Assembly: GCA_963674825.1 (NCBI GenBank)
Contig: OY771587.1
Location: 96,001 to 160,000 of the forward strand
Source of the DNA: Candidatus Cloacimonadales bacterium
GTDB lineage: Bacteria > Cloacimonadota > Cloacimonadia > Cloacimonadales > JAIOQZ01
Length of the DNA stretch: 64,000 nucleotides
Direction of reading: 5' to 3'
Below the pieces are notes generated by a model, which was not told where the DNA came from, did no database searches, and worked only from the letters and a program-made list of their open reading frames with translations. The translations under genes were made by a program, and so were the position numbers. Positions 31,093 through 38,581 of this stretch are shown here, one piece after another; position 1 is the stretch's first letter; every line of letters starts with the position of its first letter.

Positions 31093-31722
31093 ATGAACAA
31101 TCAGCAACGATGGTACAACCGAGGCTACATACCACACTTCAACTCCAGCGAAGTAATCCAATTCATCACCTACAAGCTTCAAGACAGTATACCTCCCGAT
31201 ATCCAGACGCAGATAGATGCGCTTGAGAAATCGTCAGATGCTGATAATGCTCCCTTTCATCCCAAAATCGAGAAGATACTGGGGGCAGGATATGGATCAT
31301 GCGTTCTTCAACAGCCAGTCAATGCTCATTACGTGATCGACACATGGAAATTTCATCACCCACATAAGTATCACCTTTTTGCATGGGTTGTGATGCCAAA
31401 TCATGTCCATGTCCTGATCAAACCCAATAAAGATTGCCCCTTGTCGCAAATCGTTCAATCATGGAAAAGTTACACAGCAAAGCAGATAAAGAAAGAACAG
31501 ACAAACCCTCCCTCCAGGATAAAAATCTGGCAACGCGATTATTGGGATCGATTCATTCGTGATGAAGATGATTTTTATTCTACACTGAACTATATTCATG
31601 AAAATCCTGTTCGTGCCGGACTCGTAGAATCTGCGAAAGACTGGCAATATAGCAGCTATCATGACTGGTTTGAGAATGATGATCTCAAAGAGCAGAATTG
31701 GGACATGATATTCGAGAAATAG
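31093..31722 (+). mobile_element. REP-associated tyrosine transposase (RAYT/TnpA-REP, IS200/IS605 Y1 HUH family)
   Basis: FITYKL, WVVMPNHVH (HUH), WKSYT, WQRDYWDRFIR, YIHENPVRAGL (catalytic Tyr), WQYSS; flanked by REPs on both sides. Confidence 0.92.
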
Positions 31723-31726
31723 AGAA

Positions 31727-31898
31727 AGCCAAGCTGGTGCTTGGCGATCCAAGGGGAAAGAGATGCCAAGCAGGTGCTGGCGGTCCAAGGTGAAAAGAGA
31801 AGCCAAGCAGGTGCTGGCGATCCAAGGGGAAAGAGATGCCAAGCTGGTGCTTGGCGATCCAAAGGGGAAAAGAGAGGCCAAGCTGGGGCTGGCGGTCC
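31727..31898 (-). repeat. Five tandem REPs (GGAT/GGAC class), 36-39 bp period
   Basis: Copies at 31727, 31764, 31801, 31837 and 31876; three have a 1-nt deletion (GCTGGCG). Confidence 0.9.
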
Positions 31899-31904
31899 AA
31901 GGTG

Positions 31905-31943
31905 AAAATCCCCCAGCCATCGAGAAACGACCGGGGGAATTTT
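31905..31943. terminator. Probable bidirectional intrinsic terminator
   Basis: AAAATCCCCC...GGGGGAATTTT between convergent genes. Confidence 0.6.
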
Positions 31944-31951
31944 ATAGCAGA

Positions 31952-32905
31952 TTACTTGATTATCTTCGCGCCCTTGAGCATAGTGGTGTTGAACTGAATA
32001 CCCAGCTTCTTGGCGATGCCCATGTTCAGGATCACGTTGCCTTCTTTGTTTTCTGCAAGCGGAATACCTGCCGGTGGCGTACCGTCGAGTATCTTGAGTG
32101 CTGCGGCAGCAGCCCAGCTACCCTGCTCGGAAGCTACTTTCGTGAATCCGATCAGCGCATAGTTTTCCATCCAGTCGTAGATTGTTCCGGTAGGAACCTT
32201 CACGTTTTGCAGTACGAACTCCTTCGCTGCACTATCGTCCCAACCCTTGATGCCGGCGTTGTTACCGACAATGAGCATATCAACGCTGGTTTGCAGTGCG
32301 ATAAAGCCTTTCTTCCACTCATTGAAATCTTGCACGTAGATTTCTTCGAGCTTCATGCCGAACTTGTTCCTGTAGTTCTCGGCTTCTTTTCGCGCAGTGA
32401 GATTATCCGCTTCGATGTACCCGATCTTCTCACCCTTGGCGTATTTCTGCAGCATACCGATAAGCTGTTTGACCGGACCGACTTCGATCATGCCGGTCGT
32501 GTTCTTATAGGGCATACCGTAACCAGAAGCATCCCAATTAACACCACAGAATACGAATGGAATATTTGCATCCTTGAAATAGGGCTCAATCAGATATTTT
32601 GCGGCATTGTCATCGGAGGTGATTACCACATCCGGCTTCCAGTCTTCGATGACTTTCTTCGCACTCAGCGCAGCTTTTTTCACAAAATCCTCTGAGGGAT
32701 TATTCTTCGTATCCATACGGACGATCTTCAGCTCAGCGCCGGAGGGATCGATTACACTCTTCACACCTGAAGTAACGCCATCACTCCAGGCATATCCTTC
32801 ATGGTAGGAATCGACATATAAAACCTTTTTGCCCGCGTAGTTCTGCGCAAAGACAAACGATACACAAACGGTGAGTAACACGACCAAAACAAGAAATCTT
32901 CTCAT
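31952..32905 (-). CDS. Periplasmic ABC-type substrate-binding protein (paralog 1)
   Basis: Signal peptide; DSYHEGYAWSD, MDTK, SDDNA, FCGVN, EQG. Confidence 0.85.
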   Translation of the reverse strand: MRRFLVLVVLLTVCVSFVFAQNYAGKKVLYVDSYHEGYAWSDGVTSGVKSVIDPSGAELKIVRMDTKNNPSEDFVKKAALSAKKVIEDWKPDVVITSDDNAAKYLIEPYFKDANIPFVFCGVNWDASGYGMPYKNTTGMIEVGPVKQLIGMLQKYAKGEKIGYIEADNLTARKEAENYRNKFGMKLEEIYVQDFNEWKKGFIALQTSVDMLIVGNNAGIKGWDDSAAKEFVLQNVKVPTGTIYDWMENYALIGFTKVASEQGSWAAAAALKILDGTPPAGIPLAENKEGNVILNMGIAKKLGIQFNTTMLKGAKIIK

Positions 32906-32959
32906 TGGGACACTCCTTTTTTATTATCGTGATTCTGTGATAGTAATCGATAGATGACA

Positions 32960-33913
32960 TTATTTTATAATCGTTGCACCTTTCAACATCATGGTGTTGA
33001 ATCTGATCCCAAGCTTTTTTGCGATGCTCAGGTTCAGCGCTACAGTACCTTCTTTGTTCTGAGTAATTGGAATTTCAGATGGTGATGTTCCATTTAAAAT
33101 CTTTAGTGCTGCCATTGCAGCCCAACGACCTTGTTCCGATGCCCTTTTCATAAAGCTCACCAATGCGAATTTCGCCATCCAGTCAAGATTGGTTCCAGTG
33201 GGGATTTCTGTATTCGCAAGCACAAACTGATATGCTTCTTCATCATTCCATCCGATTGTGTTTACACTGTTTCCCATTATCAGTATATCAACGCTTAACT
33301 GGAACTCCTTAAAATATTTTTTCCATTCATCGAACCCCTCGACGAACCTCTCGTTAAATTCATAGCCGAATTCCTTCTTTAAGTTTTCAACCTCTTTCCG
33401 AGCGCTAAATGTATCAGATTCGAGAAAACCAATTCGTTCACCTTTAGCATATTTACCAAGCGTGTAGATGAGGTTATCAATTGGGCTTATCTCCAACATT
33501 CCTGTCGTATTTTTAAATGGCAAGCCATACACCGAGGCGTCCCAGTTAATACCGCAAAAAACAATAGGTAGCTCACTATTATTGAAATATGGAACAATAA
33601 AGTACTTTGCGGCATTGTCATCAGAAGTAATAACAACATCCGGTTCCCAATCTGCGACTAACACTCTTGCTTTACGCGCAGCTTCCTGCTTAAAAGTCTC
33701 AGATGTATTATTCTTAGTGTCCATGCGGAAGATCTTAAGTGTTGCACCGGAAGTATCTATAATGCTTTTTATACCCGCAGTAATACTATCACTCCAAGCA
33801 TAACCTTCATGATATGAATCTATGTATAGAATCTTTTTACCTATAAAGTTCTGTGCAGCTATCACAGGGATGCAGGCGAACAAAAGAAACATGACAACAA
33901 GGAACCGTTTCAT
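32960..33913 (-). CDS. Periplasmic ABC-type substrate-binding protein (paralog 2, AT-rich)
   Basis: 317 aa, collinear without gaps with paralog 1. Confidence 0.85.
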   Translation of the reverse strand: MKRFLVVMFLLFACIPVIAAQNFIGKKILYIDSYHEGYAWSDSITAGIKSIIDTSGATLKIFRMDTKNNTSETFKQEAARKARVLVADWEPDVVITSDDNAAKYFIVPYFNNSELPIVFCGINWDASVYGLPFKNTTGMLEISPIDNLIYTLGKYAKGERIGFLESDTFSARKEVENLKKEFGYEFNERFVEGFDEWKKYFKEFQLSVDILIMGNSVNTIGWNDEEAYQFVLANTEIPTGTNLDWMAKFALVSFMKRASEQGRWAAMAALKILNGTSPSEIPITQNKEGTVALNLSIAKKLGIRFNTMMLKGATIIK

Positions 33914-34000
33914 GGTATTTTCCTCGTTTTGTATTCATGAAGATAGTATATGAAGAAACGGTTAAAATGCAATTGAAAAGAAATCGGTAAAAAAATGAAT

Positions 34001-34074
34001 TGGCAGGGATGGAAGGAGTCGAACCCTCACATACGGAACCAGAATCCGCTGTCCTACCATTAGACGACATCCCT
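34001..34074 (-). tRNA. tRNA-Gln(CTG), copy 1
   Basis: AGGGATG...GCGGA-TTCTGGT-TCCGT...GTTCGAC...CATCCCT-G-CCA. Confidence 0.97.
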
Positions 34075-34128
34075 ACGAAAGATTTATGGCAAGTTCGTGA
34101 CCAAGTTGTTGATATGGTGATAGAAAAT

Positions 34129-34202
34129 TGGCAGGGATGGAAGGAGTCGAACCCTCACATACGGAACCAGAATCCGCTGTCCTACCATTAGACGACATCC
34201 CT
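34129..34202 (-). tRNA. tRNA-Gln(CTG), copy 2 (identical)
   Basis: 74/74 identical to 34001-34074. Confidence 0.97.
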
Positions 34203-34222
34203 AAGCCTGAAATTCTATATAT

Positions 34223-34297
34223 TGGCAAGGCCGGGAGGATTCGAACCTCCGTATGCCAGAACCAAAACCTGGTGCCTTACCGCTTGGCGACGGCCTT
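34223..34297 (-). tRNA. tRNA-Gln(TTG)
   Basis: AAGGCCG...CCAGG-TTTTGGT-TCTGG...GTTCGAAT...CGGCCTT-G-CCA. Confidence 0.97.
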
Positions 34298-34306
34298 GCA
34301 TTGATA

Positions 34307-34400
<94 letters not shown>

Positions 34401-34422
34401 GCATACATTCAATGATCAATTA

Positions 34423-34508
34423 TGGCGGAGGATGAGGGATTCGAACCCCCAAGGGCAAAGCCCGGCGGTTTTCAAGACCGCTGTCTTACCAATTAGAGCT
34501 AATCCTCC
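34423..34508 (-). tRNA. tRNA-Ser(TGA)
   Basis: GGAGGAT...GCGGT-CTTGAAA-ACCGC, variable arm GGGC-TTT-GCCC, ATCCTCC-G-CCA. Confidence 0.93.
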
Positions 34509-34834
34509 ACGTCGGTTGGAGTGCTACAAAAAAATCCGCTGGCTTCTCGTGTCAACGAATTTTTTACACAATCTACAATCCGTCTTCAGCTCGATCCATG
34601 TTGACTGGATTGAATTCGTCCTTTAGACTCCACCAATATAGTAAATCATCTTCACTGATGTGCAAGCGATTCATACACTTTTCGTTTTTTTTTGCATCCA
34701 CAATCTTGTCCGATCTGGCACACTATCTGTTCAGTATCGGCCATTTCATCAAAAGATTATTTTCTCTTTGACATCGCCAACTTCCGAATCAATTTATATT
34801 GTAGTGAAATGCCACAAACAGAAGAGGAATCTGA

Positions 34835-36628
34835 ATGGCCAAAATCGGTTTGTTTTACGGAATTTCTCAAGAGCTCTCGCAGTTGCGGATTGCCAGCCTT
34901 CGTTGTGTTGACGACCAACTTTATATAGACCAACTGCTGGAAGAGCTAATGCCAGTTGAAGAGCATAGCGAAGGTGAAGAATCGTTCTTTGACGACTTCG
35001 ACTTCGGCTCCCCCACTCCCACTTCGGAAGCACCGGCAGAGTTCGAATCCGCCGATGAAGACACATCAGATGAAGTGACCGAAGCGACCATGACCGCGCA
35101 ACAGACCCTGCGGAACCTTATTGATAGCCTTTCCATGCAGGACGCGCTACTCTCGATGAATCTCGATGTATTCAATGTCGAATACAAGACCATACGCGTC
35201 AGTAAGAAGACCGGCAAACGCAAGATGCAGGAGCAGGTTCGCCGTGCATTCGCGGGAAAAGGTCTCCCCCAGCGCGCCTTCACTTGGTTTGAGCATGATG
35301 ACGAATCAATCATCGGAGTGAAGAACTCCGGTCGACTGGAATTGCTGGAGCGCTTCATCGACGCCAGTCAGGTCACCCCCCGTAAATTCCTCAAATACCG
35401 CAGAATGCAGACCAACGAGATCGCCCTGATCAACGCCCTTCGCTATCACTACACGCTCGGAGACGACGAGATCAGCGCTATCTTCTATATCGGTGAAGAG
35501 TACAGCCGCGTTATCCTCATGCAGGGCACTACCTTTGTGAATGCTCTTCCAATCATCAATGAAGGAGCAGAATCGGAGAACGTCGTAGTACGTGTTCATA
35601 GTCGCTTTCTGCTGGAACGCCAGCAAAGCGCGCTACCTCACCTGGATAGAATTTTCCTGGCAGGAAGCAAGCTTAACCGGGCTAAGCTTGAATACCTTCA
35701 GGAGAATGAATCGGATGTAAAAGTGGAATATCTTCTGCCACTGGCATTTATGCACAACGATCTTGATTTCACAGAGGAAGAACTCGCAAGCTATATTGTT
35801 CCCATCTCGCTCGCGACGGAAGTTGCCAAGCAGAAGCATCCGGCGCTGATCCACGCCGATTTCCTGCCGAAATTCATCCTCGAACAACAAAATGTTCTAT
35901 CGATCAGCGTTCCGGGATTCATGGTGCTGATAATCTTGCTTATGGTCTCTTACCTATTCCTGGAGAGCACGTTCACGTTATTGAGCGCGAATTCGTCGGC
36001 AAACCTCGAGATCGAGCAGATTGGAAATCAGATTGAGATCAACAATCAGGTGATCGATTCACTCTCTTCCATCACCCGTCAGATCGAAAAGCTTGAAGCT
36101 GATATGGGATTTTACCGAAAGTATATCGGAGACCGAAACCAGTGGCACTACATCGTCGAAATGCTCGGCGAAAGCTTCCGCGACAACCCTTTGACATGGG
36201 GAACGAATATAATCAAAGAAGATGGTCGCATCCGGTTACAGGGTAGCACCACCTCGCGGAGAAGCATCGTCGATTTCTCCAATCTTTTCCCGCGGAGCGA
36301 GATAAAGAAAATCGAGAAACGCGAGATCGAGGATTACACCGTATGGGATTACGAAATCCTGTTCGATATGCCGGACCCATTTATGAGCCAGCGTGCCGAT
36401 GAGCAATTGATGAACTCAGCGCATAAGAAAGTCACGCCATTCGTGACCATTGCGGATTCACCGTCCGGAAACCTCTACATCGTTAAGAATGGCGATAACC
36501 CTTCCTCGATCGCGCAACAACTTGGAATCGATGTTGAACGGCTTGAGCAGATCAATCGTTTGAAATCGCGGCTTGTGGACGGAAAACGTATCCTCCTGGT
36601 TTACCCCGGGCAGAAACTCCGCTATTAA
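34835..36628 (+). CDS. Membrane protein, possible PilM-like + PilN-like fusion with C-terminal LysM
   Basis: C-terminal YIVKNGDNPSSIAQQLGI...LEQIN...VYPGQKL (LysM); one TM then coiled coil; NEIALIN, FYIGEEYS and IFLAG resemble PilM. Confidence 0.6.
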   Translation: MAKIGLFYGISQELSQLRIASLRCVDDQLYIDQLLEELMPVEEHSEGEESFFDDFDFGSPTPTSEAPAEFESADEDTSDEVTEATMTAQQTLRNLIDSLSMQDALLSMNLDVFNVEYKTIRVSKKTGKRKMQEQVRRAFAGKGLPQRAFTWFEHDDESIIGVKNSGRLELLERFIDASQVTPRKFLKYRRMQTNEIALINALRYHYTLGDDEISAIFYIGEEYSRVILMQGTTFVNALPIINEGAESENVVVRVHSRFLLERQQSALPHLDRIFLAGSKLNRAKLEYLQENESDVKVEYLLPLAFMHNDLDFTEEELASYIVPISLATEVAKQKHPALIHADFLPKFILEQQNVLSISVPGFMVLIILLMVSYLFLESTFTLLSANSSANLEIEQIGNQIEINNQVIDSLSSITRQIEKLEADMGFYRKYIGDRNQWHYIVEMLGESFRDNPLTWGTNIIKEDGRIRLQGSTTSRRSIVDFSNLFPRSEIKKIEKREIEDYTVWDYEILFDMPDPFMSQRADEQLMNSAHKKVTPFVTIADSPSGNLYIVKNGDNPSSIAQQLGIDVERLEQINRLKSRLVDGKRILLVYPGQKLRY

Positions 36629-36664
36629 ACTATTAAATCACGCTCCCGGAGCCGAACCACCAAG

Positions 36665-37189
36665 CTATTTGATGATCACGCTGGTGTTCATCACTACGCT
36701 ATCGACAAACTCCTTGAACAGGTTGAATCGTACTTTGTCGTCCCGCACGAGGTACGTTGATCGATCCAAATTCTCCGCAATCAAACGAAACTGAGCCGTA
36801 TCGGCAAACACAATCTTCGAGTAGATATCGCTGTTGATCATGAAGAAGATCTTCTCGACCGCCTGCTTTTCATCATGCTCGACAACCATTCGTTCGCTTT
36901 GCAGTTCCAGCGGTTCATCATCCAGATCCACCACCAGCTTCATGGGCGGTTCGGTCGATTCCGAACCTCGAACCTCACATACGATGTACCAGTACGGCTT
37001 CGAGGATTTTTTCTCGAACTGAAGGTAGAATGCCACATCCTGCGAGCCTTCGCTGGTGAAGTCGGCCTTGTCCGTGTAATAGATCTCCACGTTATCGGGC
37101 GTATTATCCACACGATAAACGTCGAACTGTGTCGTGGCACATCCAGCCAGAATCAACATAATTGCCAGGATTGTCATGATCGATTTCAT
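36665..37189 (-). CDS. Hypothetical lipoprotein
   Basis: GGAGGTG RBS; lipobox LAGC. Confidence 0.8.
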   Translation of the reverse strand: MKSIMTILAIMLILAGCATTQFDVYRVDNTPDNVEIYYTDKADFTSEGSQDVAFYLQFEKKSSKPYWYIVCEVRGSESTEPPMKLVVDLDDEPLELQSERMVVEHDEKQAVEKIFFMINSDIYSKIVFADTAQFRLIAENLDRSTYLVRDDKVRFNLFKEFVDSVVMNTSVIIK

Positions 37190-37298
37190 AAGCACCTCCT
37201 TTCCTGTAATAGCATGCAAGTATTGTGCCTTTCAAGAGCGATCATGAAGTTCGTTCATTTTGCAGAAGGGTTTTAAAAGAGAGGGAATTGGGTGAGAA

Positions 37299-38342
37299 TT
37301 AAATTGAAATGGTAAGCTTACCCGCGTCTGCCGTTGTCTGTCCGATCACTGCGGATCGAATGCCCTTTTCGTTCAATTGCTCAACGATCAGCGCAGAGAC
37401 ATTTTGGGGAACGGTGAATAGCAATCCCCCCGAGGTTTGTGGATCAAAGACAATATCGAGTATCCACTGCGGAAGCTCGTTTCCACCACGGACATTATCG
37501 ATCCGGTAGGTAATATTTCCTTTCGTACCGCCGGGGACAAGCCTGTCCTTCGCCATCTCGATCGTCTGAGGATAGACCGGAATCGCGTTGAAATCGAGCT
37601 CTATGCCAATTTTCGTATCCTGGATCATCTCGAAAGCATGCCCTGCAAGCCCGAATCCTGTAACATCTGTACACGCGGAAACAGGATAACCGGTGATGAT
37701 CTCGCTGGCCACCTTATTGAGCATGGCCATGGAACGAGTCACTTCATCGATCAGTGTGTCGTCCGCTTTTCCCAGGCGTATTGCGGTATTGATGATGCCG
37801 TTCCCGATGGGCTTGGTCAGGATCAAGTGTTCGTCAAGCTTTGGCGTGTTATTCAGAAGGAGTTTCGACGGATGTATCAACCCGGTAACTGCAAGGCCGT
37901 ATTTCACACTGTCGTCCTTGATGCTGTGACCGCCCAACAGAGAGCAATTCGCTTCACGAAGCTTGCTCATGCCGCCCTCGGCGATAGCCTTGAGGACAGA
38001 GACATCGAGTTCGTGAATAGGAAAACAAACAATGCTCAGCGCGGTTATTGGCCTGGCCCCCATTGCATAGATATCGGAAAGAGAGTTGGCAGCAGCAATC
38101 TGCCCGAACGAATAAGGATCATCCACCACCGGTGGGAAGAAATCAACGGTTTGAACTACCGCCACATCATCGGAGATACGATACGCACCGGCATCCTCGC
38201 TGTGCCGGAAATCGACAAGCAGGTCCTCGCAAGAGGCTTGGGTCAGATCACCCAGGGATTCGGTTAAGACACACGGTCCTAACTTGGCAGCACAACCGGA
38301 GTACTCGGAGTACTGCGTCAGGCGGATTTTTTCTTCGTTCAT
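37299..38342 (-). CDS. selD: Selenophosphate synthetase (selenide, water dikinase), Cys form
   Basis: SGCAAK (TGT codon), EDAG, TVDFFPP, ANSLSDIYAMG, GGHS, TDVTGFGL, DPQTSGGLL. Confidence 0.95.
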   Translation of the reverse strand: MNEEKIRLTQYSEYSGCAAKLGPCVLTESLGDLTQASCEDLLVDFRHSEDAGAYRISDDVAVVQTVDFFPPVVDDPYSFGQIAAANSLSDIYAMGARPITALSIVCFPIHELDVSVLKAIAEGGMSKLREANCSLLGGHSIKDDSVKYGLAVTGLIHPSKLLLNNTPKLDEHLILTKPIGNGIINTAIRLGKADDTLIDEVTRSMAMLNKVASEIITGYPVSACTDVTGFGLAGHAFEMIQDTKIGIELDFNAIPVYPQTIEMAKDRLVPGGTKGNITYRIDNVRGGNELPQWILDIVFDPQTSGGLLFTVPQNVSALIVEQLNEKGIRSAVIGQTTADAGKLTISI

Positions 38343-38480
38343 AATCTCTAATTGCGGATCATTTTCCTGTTGGCAGTTTTTTCTTGTAAAGTTTTTTCGC
38401 GCAATTGACACAAGAATCTTCATTGTATCAAACTCAAGTGTAATTATGAATTACATGTAATATTCAACTGCCTAAATCAC

Positions 38481-38509
38481 TTGACAAGTTCCTTTTAGCG
38501 TGACATGAT
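38481..38509 (+). promoter_or_regulatory. Putative sigma70 promoter of the large secreted protein gene
   Basis: TTGACA - 17 nt - CATGAT with an extended TGn. Confidence 0.45.
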
Positions 38510-38581
38510 AACGACGTAGAAATTTGATACGCGTCGATTGAAATTCATGCGATAAACAAAGTAAAATATAAGTGAGGCACT

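Noticed and set aside
30517..31182. Several short ORFs with repeated peptides (also 31459-31920)
   Set aside because: They are translations of the REP arrays on both strands.
34423..34508. tRNA-Sec
   Set aside because: The anticodon is TGA (reads UCA, Ser), not TCA, and the acceptor stem is a normal 7 bp.
38285..38300. Selenocysteine (UGA) in either SelD or in FdhD
   Set aside because: SelD active-site codons are TGT (stand-alone) and TGC/TGC (fusion); no in-frame TGA in any of the three.
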